Positions 15,957-24,767 of a stretch of 25,111 nt of DNA are shown here, piece after piece. The notes beneath the pieces are model-generated. The model searched no databases and was not told the origin of the DNA. It saw nothing but the letters and a program-made list of their open reading frames with translations. Location of the stretch: IMG/VR virus record IMGVR_UViG_3300033076_000251, positions 1 to 25,111 of that record; one strand, 5' to 3'. The first letter of the stretch is position 1; every line of letters begins with the position of its first letter. A program made the position numbers and the translations under genes. Source of the DNA: a virus. Its lineage: Duplodnaviria; Caudoviricetes.

Positions 15957-16769
15957 TTAACGTACTTTCTTTAGTTCTTCAATATACTGGGCTCTTGTCA
16001 TGGTCTTTGTCTTTTCAAACATAGCCGCGACTTTCTCTTCTTCGGGAGTCAGTTCAAACCTGGATGACTGTTTACGAGCAGGTGTATGTTGACCACCATC
16101 CCCATCAACCATATTCGGACTATCTCTCCGAGTATTCGTAAATTTATTTGGGAAGGTTTGCTTAACCTTCTGAGAAATAAACGAGTAAAGCTTTTCCGGA
16201 TTCTTTTCAGTCTTCGGATCGTTCATATACTTCATTGCCACGCTATCCGCGAAGAGATGCATATCTTCGTCGTATGCTGGGCTTGCTGTGTCATACCAAG
16301 GGTTGGCTTCCGCCCACTGTACATAGGCAGGATTTACAGCCGGTGCAGGAGACATTGCCGGGAAAGTCTCTTGTTTCTCCCGTTGATATGTTTCCGACAA
16401 TCCTTGAATGCGTTCGTTAATATCATCAGCTAGAACATGATCGTTCTCGGCTAGTGCTTCTTTACGGGCAGCTTTTAGGTCTGCCATAGCTCGTTGATAT
16501 GAGCTTTCAAACACTTTCTCGTGATGCTGTTTTAGCGCAAGAATTGCTTGACGGAGTTCCTTGGTTTCACTCTTAGCTCCCATAATCTGAGAGATAAGTT
16601 CTCCACGCTCTAGGAATTCATCAGCAGTGCGCCACCTTTTACCTTCATTTTCTGGTTTGGCTTTCCACTCTTCCGCGGGTAGCCAGCCTAGATTAAGGGC
16701 TCGTTGTTCTGCTTCTGATAACTGTACTTCTTCTTGTTTCTGCTCTTGTTGAAGATTCTCTTCGCTCAT
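15957..16769 (-). CDS. Capsid scaffolding protein, 270 aa
   Basis: Acidic N-terminus, A..LGW.P.EEW....WRTADEFL, coiled coil, W...NPWY, and C-terminal LTPEEEKVAAMF....MTRAQYIEEL helix-turn-helix typical of coat-binding domains. Located between portal and capsid. Confidence 0.8.
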   Translation of the reverse strand: MSEENLQQEQKQEEVQLSEAEQRALNLGWLPAEEWKAKPENEGKRWRTADEFLERGELISQIMGAKSETKELRQAILALKQHHEKVFESSYQRAMADLKAARKEALAENDHVLADDINERIQGLSETYQREKQETFPAMSPAPAVNPAYVQWAEANPWYDTASPAYDEDMHLFADSVAMKYMNDPKTEKNPEKLYSFISQKVKQTFPNKFTNTRRDSPNMVDGDGGQHTPARKQSSRFELTPEEEKVAAMFEKTKTMTRAQYIEELKKVR

Positions 16770-16770
16770 G

Positions 16771-17067
16771 TTAGTCCTCTCTAATTACTGCAATAATATC
16801 TTCATCGTTCACTACGATGAATTCTTCCTCTTTACCTACAAACTTACCAGCATACTTAATGTAGTATACTCGATCACCAATGGTTGCCCAAGGCAGTCCA
16901 TCATCAAATGCACGCCATGCATTAGGACCAATTGCCACAATAGTACCAATTACTGTTGCCGCTTTCTCTTTCTTCTCATCTACCGGTAAAACAATACCGG
17001 AAGCTGTCTTCTTTTCCACGTCGTCGGGTTTAATCATTACCCGATGACCAGCTGGAACTATTACCAT
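16771..17067 (-). CDS. groES: Phage-encoded co-chaperonin GroES (Cpn10), 98 aa
   Basis: P.GHRVMIKP..VEKKTASGIVLP (mobile loop), GTIVAIGP, IGDRVYY.KYAG, VVNDEDIIAVI: the full Cpn10 signature. Confidence 0.95.
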   Translation of the reverse strand: MVIVPAGHRVMIKPDDVEKKTASGIVLPVDEKKEKAATVIGTIVAIGPNAWRAFDDGLPWATIGDRVYYIKYAGKFVGKEEEFIVVNDEDIIAVIRED

Positions 17068-17295
17068 TTAATCTCCTATATCATCATACTGAATCTTTAA
17101 AAGGGTATCAAGCCCCTCAATACGTCCGACCACTCTGGCCGTTGCCTCTGCTGTAGCGGAATTCCCCGCTAAAGTTAATCCACTACATAGATTCTCACAC
17201 TCTTGTTTACGCTCATCATGTAGAAGAGCAAATACAAACTTCGTTACTGGGTCTTCTTTCCAGTTAAGATAATCATCCTTACTTGGACTTTCCAC
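17068..17295 (-). CDS. Small hypothetical protein downstream of portal, 75 aa
   Basis: W..DPVTK..F..L...R and GRIEGL..LL pattern. Overlaps the portal end by 17 nt and abuts groES. Confidence 0.75.
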   Translation of the reverse strand: MESPSKDDYLNWKEDPVTKFVFALLHDERKQECENLCSGLTLAGNSATAEATARVVGRIEGLDTLLKIQYDDIGD

Positions 17296-19390
17296 TTGTT
17301 GGTTTCGCTTTCTTCATCTCTTTAGCTTGCTTAACTGCTACTTGGTGCTTCTCTTCACCTTGTTTAAGGGCTACCTGATGTTTCTCTTCGCCTTGGCGAA
17401 TAGCCATTTGATTCTGGATAGCGTTGGCTTGAATGTCTTGTTGACCTTTAATTCGGTCCATTTGCATCTTCTCGCCCATCTTAACACGATCCATCTGCAT
17501 CTTGGCGAAGTCATGTTGTTGTTTCTGTTGGAACTCTCTATCTTTCTGACGCATCTTTTGGTCGGCTTCTGCCTGCTTAAGTTGCATCTCACGTTCCTTC
17601 ATTTCGGCATCCATCTCACCACCCATCATCTCTTTTTGGGCATCGAGCATAGCCTCTACCATCATCATATCCCGTTCGTTCTGCATCTCCTTCTCACGAA
17701 CCATAGCATCCAGTTGCTTATCAGGAGTAGGACCGGGTGGCTGTGGTTGAATTAGAAGTTTCTGTAGATCAGTATGACCGAGAGCCTTTGCATAACGTAA
17801 TGCGTACTCTTGAATATTAATTACACCCATTGCTATTAATGGTTGTAATGCTGCTAATTTCTGTAGCTTCTGTGAATCTGTAGCAGAGTCGGGATCAGCT
17901 GAGGGCTTGACCGACATACCTACTTGTTTATAAATATCCGTACTAATTGGGAAAGGGGTATTTACTTGCTCAGGAAGATAAATAGTATTAAGCTTAAATA
18001 GCTTCTTATACTCCTTCTCTAGTGCTTTATAGATACGCTTATAGATAGCTGTGAATAGTTTCATTCCCTGTTCAACAGTCTCTTGTGTGGTAGTTGCCGG
18101 TGTGTTTTGTCCTGGCATCTTACCTACAAAGATTTCAGCAGTACTAGCTACCTTGAATCCAGACTCAACTAACATACCCAAGAGTTGGAATAGTACGTTA
18201 GATGGGTCTTTAAACTGTAACGGAAAGATACCCTTCTTTAAATCATCAACAGACGCATTTACAACTTTCCACTCACCGGGACGGAAACGATAGTCCCCAC
18301 CTTTAATACGAATACCTTTACCTATAAATCCAGTCTGTAGATTACTAAGAGTACCTGCATCTATTAGTTGGTTGATTAAGGTATTAACCGCATCGTTAAT
18401 AGCGCCAAGGAGAAGACCAAACCCAATATCATAAATGCTACCATCTGGATTAGGAATAAACCCAAACTTGGTAAAGAAGTTGATTGGATCAATCTTCGCA
18501 ATTTTATTCTTTCCATTGAGCGTAATGTTTTCGGGAAGGAATCGTGGTACAATTCGTAGTACCTCTTTTGTCTGGTGTAATACTGTTACAATATACGGTT
18601 CTTCATAACCATCTTTATCTAGATCAAGATTACGGTGTTGTTCCAGTACAAGAAATGGTGTACTAGAATCGTTTACTGGAGGTTTTGTACTTTCTGTTTT
18701 ATCTTGCTCATCTTTAAGAGGATGATACTCAGAAGTTTGTGGAAGTTCGTTAGTCGGTTCGAGATAGATTCCGAGGTTAATGCGTTCAGTAATTTCGTTT
18801 TTAGATTTGAATAATTCATGAGTAATCCGTGGAGCAGTCTCTAGAGTCTTTGCCCAATAGTTAATTACTAGGTTACGAGGAAGAATTAATTCCGAGCAAT
18901 TACGCTGTTTAACCGAATCGTAATACGTCTTCTTGAATACACAACCAATGATTGGTACAATGGTTGTGAGCTTGTCCATATCCTCTATCCACTCTTCCAT
19001 CTCTTCTAAGAGTTGGTACGACATGTGCTTCCCGATTGCTTCGGCAATAGGGGTAAGTTGTCCTTGTGGGTCCTCTCCAAGTACTCGACCAGTAACAGGA
19101 TACTCATTGGGAACAAGAGCAGGAAAAGCACGAGCGTTAAATTGAATAGCAGCAATAGTAAGTAAGGGATATTTAACATTACTTGCTTTGGGCCACGGAT
19201 AGGTCTTATCTTCCGTAATTTGAAGTGCGAGTTTAGTCCATTCTTCAATACGATCTAACCATTCTGTACGTGATTTATTGTCGGTATTGTAGTCCTCGAC
19301 AACGGTAATCGCAATAGAATCTAAATCTTTTTGATCTAGTTTCTCTGCTATATTCTTTCCGGTATAGTCTTGTAATAGGTCTATTGCCAT
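17279..19390 (-). CDS. Portal protein with C-terminal coiled-coil (barrel) extension, 703 aa
   Basis: D..SR.EW, PWPKASNVKYPLL..AAIQF.ARA, G..FKKTYYD, D.DG.EEPYIVTV, YDIGFG.LL, NQLIDAGTLSN..GF, PATTT...EQGMK.FTAIYKR.Y, then a Q/M/K/E-rich helical tail. Positioned after terL. Confidence 0.93.
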   Translation of the reverse strand: MAIDLLQDYTGKNIAEKLDQKDLDSIAITVVEDYNTDNKSRTEWLDRIEEWTKLALQITEDKTYPWPKASNVKYPLLTIAAIQFNARAFPALVPNEYPVTGRVLGEDPQGQLTPIAEAIGKHMSYQLLEEMEEWIEDMDKLTTIVPIIGCVFKKTYYDSVKQRNCSELILPRNLVINYWAKTLETAPRITHELFKSKNEITERINLGIYLEPTNELPQTSEYHPLKDEQDKTESTKPPVNDSSTPFLVLEQHRNLDLDKDGYEEPYIVTVLHQTKEVLRIVPRFLPENITLNGKNKIAKIDPINFFTKFGFIPNPDGSIYDIGFGLLLGAINDAVNTLINQLIDAGTLSNLQTGFIGKGIRIKGGDYRFRPGEWKVVNASVDDLKKGIFPLQFKDPSNVLFQLLGMLVESGFKVASTAEIFVGKMPGQNTPATTTQETVEQGMKLFTAIYKRIYKALEKEYKKLFKLNTIYLPEQVNTPFPISTDIYKQVGMSVKPSADPDSATDSQKLQKLAALQPLIAMGVINIQEYALRYAKALGHTDLQKLLIQPQPPGPTPDKQLDAMVREKEMQNERDMMMVEAMLDAQKEMMGGEMDAEMKEREMQLKQAEADQKMRQKDREFQQKQQHDFAKMQMDRVKMGEKMQMDRIKGQQDIQANAIQNQMAIRQGEEKHQVALKQGEEKHQVAVKQAKEMKKAKPTSGKSK
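17337..17395 (-). repeat. 33-bp-period tandem duplication in the portal C-terminus (QGEEKHQVA x2)
   Basis: gctacttggtgcttctcttcaccttg (17337-17362) and gctacctgatgtttctcttcgccttg (17370-17395); the differences are synonymous. Confidence 0.85.
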
Positions 19391-20073
19391 TATCGTGTAA
19401 TAGTCTTTAGGTATCGTTGATAATCCCCATAAGAGGGGAATAAAGTATTTAGCATTGGATCGCTTTGATATCCAGCACCGGGACGTGTACGAGCATCTCG
19501 TGCCACTATATTAGCGTGAATCTCATCATAGTTATCCAATGCATTTGGAGAGAATTCATGTGCCACGGTACTATTTATATATTTAACCATCGGACCATTC
19601 ATACTATCTGCAAAACCAGTATGAGACTTTCCAGGAACATTACGGTTAGTATTCTGGATAGTATGTGCTAACTCATGCGGTAACAAGTCTGGAAAACTCT
19701 TGTTAAGAACTGCTGTATATGGGCTATCTGGATGCACAAATCCACCTACATTAGCTCCAATATTAACGCCTTGTCCTAATGGATTTGCTTGTGTATGTAA
19801 TCCAGTGGCTTTAGAATGAGTAGGCCAATACTGATATAACTTTTCCATGAACTGTGTATTCTGAAGATGGTCATAGTGTTTATTCAGAAGAGAGTAATTA
19901 GGCAGGGAAGTACCATCAAATTTCATACCGTAAAGAGCTTTACGAATCTGTGGAAACATCTCCATATCACGAGGACGCAGAGCATTATGCCCCATTAAAC
20001 GCCAAGCAGCACGTCGGGCATTCCCCTCATCCCCATATAAGGGAAGCAATCTACGGACTAATTCCTCTTCCAT
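19390..20073 (-). CDS. Putative zincin-like metallopeptidase (HExxH), 227 aa
   Basis: VGGFVHP....AVLN.....LLPHELAHTIQ (HELAH at 19663-19677) with a downstream candidate third ligand in DEIHAN. Located between terL and portal, TAATG-coupled to portal. Confidence 0.62.
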   Translation of the reverse strand: MEEELVRRLLPLYGDEGNARRAAWRLMGHNALRPRDMEMFPQIRKALYGMKFDGTSLPNYSLLNKHYDHLQNTQFMEKLYQYWPTHSKATGLHTQANPLGQGVNIGANVGGFVHPDSPYTAVLNKSFPDLLPHELAHTIQNTNRNVPGKSHTGFADSMNGPMVKYINSTVAHEFSPNALDNYDEIHANIVARDARTRPGAGYQSDPMLNTLFPSYGDYQRYLKTITR

Positions 20074-20074
20074 G

Positions 20075-21592
20075 TTAATAACCAGTAGTAGCGCAGCGTC
20101 CTTGATCGAAGTATTGAGAAGTCATCATCATTTCTTCATACTCCTCATCTTCTATCTCTTTTACCGTAGGAGCTTCCACAAATTTATCCAAAGCCAGACC
20201 GATATATGCAAAAGCATCAACTTGGTCATCATGACGATCCTTCGGAAATTTGAGCAGTTCACTCTCAAACGTAGGATACCAGTCAGCCGTCTTATCAAAT
20301 TTAACACCACCAATCCGAACCCTACCCTGGATTGATCTAGCCCTAGTAGGTTTGTCCATGCTAGGAAGTATTTCTTCAATTATGGGAAACTCCCCAATCC
20401 GTAACATCTCCTCCCGCAGAAATGGACCAATGGCCTTGGTGATTTTCTCTTTCTCAATAGCGAATAGTTCTGGTTTATACATTCTTTGTATTCTCATTAT
20501 CATGTCGATAATTCCTCTAGAATCTACACGCTCCCGTATAACATCTACTACATGGAGGATGCCAAATTCATCCATTCCAGCAACGACGAAGACAGTAAAG
20601 TCGGATCGTTCGTTAGTAGAAATAGCAGGATCACAACCAACATAATAATTAAGAATCTTTCTCTTCGCTTTAATGTCTTCAATATCGGGAGCGTCAATGG
20701 CAATAAAATCTGCAAGCTTAAAGTACGCAAGGCTTGGATCAATTGGGTCATTTAAATACTCCTGATTGTAAACATCCGGCATTCCCTGTTCGACATACTC
20801 TTGTCGAATCGCCACTAACTTCTCTTTGTTGAACTTCTCGGGCCATAGAATCTGTTTGTAATCGAGTGTATGAGCTTTATAACGAGCCGATTTCCATAAA
20901 TTCTTCGGATTCTCTTGATACGATACTAAAGGCTCTTTTCTTGTGTATCTAGAGTGATCTTTAGGGAGAAGCCGTTCGAGGAACGAGTCAAGGTGTAGAA
21001 TAGTCCCAACGATTCTAACTTGTCCATCATCTGATAAACATGGGAGAAGGGCACCGTAAACCCAACGTCTAAACTTTTCTCGTCTATCTTCGTTAAGTAC
21101 GATCTCGTCGTTCTCAAGATCATCTCCAACGATGAGATTAGGCCGTTTATTCTTCCATTTGAGTCCTCGAAGCTTTTGTTCGCTTCCTTTTGCTTGGATT
21201 CGGAAGGTGTGTCCATCTGCGAAAGATACAATTATATCTGATTCTGAGTCTTTAACAAGTTTCTTGATGCCAAAAAGACGTATCAAGTCTTCATTTTCTG
21301 TTATCTCTTTCTTAATATCGTTAAGGAAGAGAACTGCTTGTGATTCTGTGTCCGAAAGAATGATTACGTAGTCTTTTGCCCTGAAAAGTACCGAAGCAAG
21401 GACGTAACTATGGGTGATTGCCGTGCTTTTTGCGTGTCCACGAGGTGCCGCAATCGCTACATAACGATGCTTAGAGCAACAAAAATCCCACCACTCTCGA
21501 TGAAACCACGGAACAGATTGACGATTGTCGAAATTTTTAGACAGAACCGTGTTAACGAAGCCTTCAATAAGTTGTGCATCAATTTCGACCAT
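20075..21592 (-). CDS. terL: Terminase large subunit, 505 aa
   Basis: Walker A APRGHAKST, Walker B LIVGDDLE, coupling motif VGT, QEYLNDP, RNase H-like nuclease VGCDPAIS...SDFT and HDDQVDAFAY. Confidence 0.97.
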   Translation of the reverse strand: MVEIDAQLIEGFVNTVLSKNFDNRQSVPWFHREWWDFCCSKHRYVAIAAPRGHAKSTAITHSYVLASVLFRAKDYVIILSDTESQAVLFLNDIKKEITENEDLIRLFGIKKLVKDSESDIIVSFADGHTFRIQAKGSEQKLRGLKWKNKRPNLIVGDDLENDEIVLNEDRREKFRRWVYGALLPCLSDDGQVRIVGTILHLDSFLERLLPKDHSRYTRKEPLVSYQENPKNLWKSARYKAHTLDYKQILWPEKFNKEKLVAIRQEYVEQGMPDVYNQEYLNDPIDPSLAYFKLADFIAIDAPDIEDIKAKRKILNYYVGCDPAISTNERSDFTVFVVAGMDEFGILHVVDVIRERVDSRGIIDMIMRIQRMYKPELFAIEKEKITKAIGPFLREEMLRIGEFPIIEEILPSMDKPTRARSIQGRVRIGGVKFDKTADWYPTFESELLKFPKDRHDDQVDAFAYIGLALDKFVEAPTVKEIEDEEYEEMMMTSQYFDQGRCATTGY

Positions 21593-21600
21593 ATAGAGTG

Positions 21601-21774
21601 TTATTTATTGCAACAATCCACGTTCGGACCAACTGTTTTTACGTATCCGTTCTGTACACTGCCGGGTTTATGCTGCGATTTCTCCGACTGTAGATGCTTC
21701 TGTAGGCGAATCTTGTCGTTCTGTCCCATTTTGGGAGTCTGTACTTTCAATACTTTCTCGTGTAAATCCATCAT
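21601..21774 (-). CDS. Possible small protein overlapping the terS 3' end, 57 aa
   Basis: GGAAG then ATG at 21774: MMDLHEKVLKVQTPKMGQNDK...VDCCNK*. Ends 8 nt before terL and fills the otherwise empty terS-terL gap. Confidence 0.4.
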   Translation of the reverse strand: MMDLHEKVLKVQTPKMGQNDKIRLQKHLQSEKSQHKPGSVQNGYVKTVGPNVDCCNK

Positions 21775-22351
21775 TTTCTTCCAATTTGATTTCTTTTGCG
21801 TTTGCAAACTTCTTAAACTCCTCGGCTAAGTTCTTAAGATGCTGAGAAGTGGAAACGGAACCGCTAATTGAGGTGGGTCTACCACGTAAAAGCTGCCGTT
21901 TGTCAATAATCTGTTTTGTTACGGTTACTGCATCCTTGGCAGTGATGGGTACTCGCTTGAGTTGCCCATTCGGGTTCATCCGGTAGTCCCCATCATTGAC
22001 CCGATCTTGTAATTCTTCAAGGGCTTTGTCGATGATCTTGGACATTTTGGCGTCGAGTTCTTCATCTTTCTCTACTCGAACACGCTGGATAAGTTCTTCC
22101 CACCACGGTTCCATCTTCCAACGACGGATACGGTAGTCTGGAATACCGGTAACTTCTGCTGCACGGGCACAGGTGCCAGCAGCGGCGTAAGCAGCTACCG
22201 CTGCGATTTTTTCGTCGTCGGTGTAATAGCTGGGATTACCCTTTACGAATCCACGAGCCGTGCCGTTACGACGTTGTTGAATCTTGGTAGGGTGTCCACC
22301 TTTACGTTTCTTGAGGGGTTCTATAACTTCTGGTGCTTTAGATAGGTCCAT
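21668..22351 (-). CDS. terS: Terminase small subunit, 227 aa
   Basis: N-terminal HTH (YTDDEKIAAVAAY...GTCARAAEVTGIPDYRIRRWK..PWW), oligomerisation helices (I.DKALEEL.DR...GD; IIDKRQLLRG.PT). Directly upstream of terL. Confidence 0.8.
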   Translation of the reverse strand: MDLSKAPEVIEPLKKRKGGHPTKIQQRRNGTARGFVKGNPSYYTDDEKIAAVAAYAAAGTCARAAEVTGIPDYRIRRWKMEPWWEELIQRVRVEKDEELDAKMSKIIDKALEELQDRVNDGDYRMNPNGQLKRVPITAKDAVTVTKQIIDKRQLLRGRPTSISGSVSTSQHLKNLAEEFKKFANAKEIKLEENDGFTRESIESTDSQNGTERQDSPTEASTVGEIAA

Positions 22352-22354
22352 CTT

Positions 22355-24190
22355 TTACTTTCGTCTATTGGGGATAATTACTGTTTCAAGATAATGTTCT
22401 ATTCTTTTATCAGACCAAGTATCGTCAATATCACCATAACGATCTAATTTAATTGCTTCTTCCCGAGTCATGGCAAACATACGTTTCGAGTCGGGATCGT
22501 ATGTAGCAATGATCCCCGGCCAACGGTCGTGGGTTTCTTTGATAGATTGGATATTATGTGTGTTGATAAAATCTATAACAGCATCTCGTTGGTCTTTGGG
22601 AATTACTCCGTTTTTATCGCCTTTTATTTGTGATATACTTTTACCAGCTTTAGAAAAAGTACCAGCAGGTTCATCATCAACACTAATCATTACCTTTGTC
22701 TTGGAGTCTGGACCACGAAGAGTGTGAATAGTTACGTCATCGTACATGTATCCATTCTTATCGAACTTGATCCATTCCGGTCCCGGTTGCTGGTTGGAGT
22801 ATTGATACTCATACTTTCTAGCTTTTGTTGTAGGTAGTCCATCTTTACCTGTTACAAGTTTTGTCCAAAGTGGAAACCCCGTCTCTGGTTCTACCACATG
22901 CCAAATCTTATCGCCTTCATGCGCTGCTTGTCCAACACAGTTACCGAAGAGACAACTTTGACGAGCAAACGCAATAGGCTTATCTCGATCTAGTGTAGTC
23001 CACTTACGTCCATCTGGATACTCTTTGGTAACAGTATTGCCTTCCATTAACTTCTCGGGGATATTCCTCCATTCGTTCTTCTTGGCCTGTTCCCGAGCCA
23101 TCTTCTCCTGCCAAGCAAGAGTTTCTTGTACTGCCCGTGGAAACGAATATTGCTGACGTTTCGCTTCCGGAATACCGGACATGTACTCTTTTACTTCCTT
23201 GAAAAAAGAGGCTGGGTAATTATTAGTAATAGTAGCATTACCAAGATTAACTGTCCATCCCTTTTCTGTTTCAAGGGGTTCATTTATATTCTTTCTATCT
23301 TTAATTATAGGTTCAGATACTATTACACTATCTGTCCAATCCTCCCATCTTTTTCCTTCAATGACTGCATCTTTAATTGGATCATCAGTAGTACCTAAAT
23401 ATCTATCTTGATATTTTTTAAAAGACTTATTAAACCAATCATCTACTGTTCCTGGTTTTGGAATTATACCTACTTGCTCACGTCCAAATGCATCCATTCC
23501 AACATAGGGAGCATGTCCAGTAATACCCCATTGTGTAACAGATGACCAATTACCGCCTTTGCCCTTAACAGCGGAAAGAGCTACGTTATCCCCAACTCCG
23601 GGGGATAGCGGAAGGAATCCAATTGCATCCGCTACATCTTTCTTCCGTCCTTCTGGGATATACGGAATGGAACTGTTTGCCTTGGGCATCTTGAACGGAG
23701 AATCCCCATATGCCCACCTGTTAACTTCCCGGTCGGCATTTCCGACGGCAAAGTCTCCAATCTTATTCCGACCACCAAGACCCGTCTCTACGGCCGATTT
23801 AAGCCCCGCCATTGCGTTGAACGGAGTGATTGGTACCTCGGGTAGCGAGAAGTTATTTAAAGCTCCCTTAACGCTTTCTAGACCCCTTCCCAACGCTCGT
23901 AGAACTGGACTACTTGGGGACTCCGTTGCTTCGGCTTGTGGAGTAAGATATTTACCGATTGGTTTCGGATCGAAATCCCCGGCGTACAACTGACGCCGGA
24001 AGAACTCTCCGCTGTCTAGTTGTTGTTTGATACGTGCGTGTTCATCTTCGAGGTACTGTCTACGCTTACTTCCCTTTGGGAGTTCGTGGATAGCTACCTC
24101 TAAGTTGGTAATATTGTTCTCCGTGAAGTCGGAGAAGTAATCCGCTTCAAGAGCTTCTTTGGAGAGATTGGCGCGAGGTGGACGCGGCAC
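22355..24190 (-). CDS. 611-aa multidomain protein with a divergent PcfJ-like C-terminal domain
   Basis: GTG start. EYPDGRKW, FARQSCLFGNCVG (22928-22969), IHTLRGPD...VMISV and ISQIKGDKN......V.DF follow the order of PcfJ-like motifs as I recall them (EG..M.HCVG; I.SLR...TIE; I.Q..G..N). N-terminal half unassigned. Confidence 0.6.
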   Translation of the reverse strand: MPRPPRANLSKEALEADYFSDFTENNITNLEVAIHELPKGSKRRQYLEDEHARIKQQLDSGEFFRRQLYAGDFDPKPIGKYLTPQAEATESPSSPVLRALGRGLESVKGALNNFSLPEVPITPFNAMAGLKSAVETGLGGRNKIGDFAVGNADREVNRWAYGDSPFKMPKANSSIPYIPEGRKKDVADAIGFLPLSPGVGDNVALSAVKGKGGNWSSVTQWGITGHAPYVGMDAFGREQVGIIPKPGTVDDWFNKSFKKYQDRYLGTTDDPIKDAVIEGKRWEDWTDSVIVSEPIIKDRKNINEPLETEKGWTVNLGNATITNNYPASFFKEVKEYMSGIPEAKRQQYSFPRAVQETLAWQEKMAREQAKKNEWRNIPEKLMEGNTVTKEYPDGRKWTTLDRDKPIAFARQSCLFGNCVGQAAHEGDKIWHVVEPETGFPLWTKLVTGKDGLPTTKARKYEYQYSNQQPGPEWIKFDKNGYMYDDVTIHTLRGPDSKTKVMISVDDEPAGTFSKAGKSISQIKGDKNGVIPKDQRDAVIDFINTHNIQSIKETHDRWPGIIATYDPDSKRMFAMTREEAIKLDRYGDIDDTWSDKRIEHYLETVIIPNRRK

Positions 24191-24193
24191 GAG

Positions 24194-24589
24194 TTACATC
24201 CCCCTCCAAGGGGTGACGGAGTAGGGATTCTCGGGAGAACTGATTGTACCACGTTGCTCGAAACGTGGATCAACGGAAGGAGCCATGAATCGACCACGCA
24301 TACCGGGGTCGGGAGTGGTTACGGCTGGACGAACACCTTGCATACCAAAGAGCATGTCAGCACCATTGGTAAGAGTGTTTGCATCCATAAGCTCACGCTT
24401 ACGCTTCTTTTCTAGAAGAGCCATTGTAGATTGAAGGAGATAGTCGCGCAGGAAGGAGAGAGCATCGTTAAATGCTTGCCCCTGCGCGCCCGGTTGAGAC
24501 GGGCCTTGCTGGCCCGCTACCGGATTCCCGCCTCCGGTGGGGCCTTGCATGCCTTGGGAAGAGGCGGAATCCATACCAATAAGAGACAT
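24194..24589 (-). CDS. Low-complexity hypothetical protein, 131 aa (first gene of the transcript)
   Basis: G/Q/P/M-rich with one amphipathic helix followed by KKRKR. Ends 3 nt before the next start; no SD sequence upstream. Confidence 0.6.
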   Translation of the reverse strand: MSLIGMDSASSQGMQGPTGGGNPVAGQQGPSQPGAQGQAFNDALSFLRDYLLQSTMALLEKKRKRELMDANTLTNGADMLFGMQGVRPAVTTPDPGMRGRFMAPSVDPRFEQRGTISSPENPYSVTPWRGM

Positions 24590-24602
24590 ATATGTTTTGT
24601 TA

Positions 24603-24621
24603 CGTGTGCATAAAGCACACG
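24603..24621 (-). promoter_or_regulatory. Small hairpin just upstream of the first start codon
   Basis: cgtgtgc-ataaa-gcacacg: perfect 7-bp stem in AT-rich context, 13 nt before ATG 24589. Confidence 0.5.
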
Positions 24622-24691
24622 CTTATACATATTATAACATAAAGAATAATTAAAGTAAAGATATATATTATATTAATATAGTTTTTTAGTT

Positions 24692-24765
24692 ATGTGAATA
24701 TTTAACTTCTGTTAAATATCCACATTATAGCGGTATATATGGTTTTAGTTACCATATATACCGCT
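24692..24765. repeat. Twin adjacent 15-bp inverted repeats
   Basis: atgtgaatatttaac-ttct-gttaaatatccacat (24692-24725; one mismatch, G-U on the minus strand) and agcggtatatatggt-tttagtt-accatatataccgct (24729-24765; perfect), 3 nt apart. Confidence 0.92.
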
Positions 24766-24767
24766 TC

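Noticed and set aside
1-24589. Stop-codon reassignment
   Set aside because: Core genes are full length in the standard bacterial code and pack tightly; the strong TAA preference alone is not evidence of recoding.
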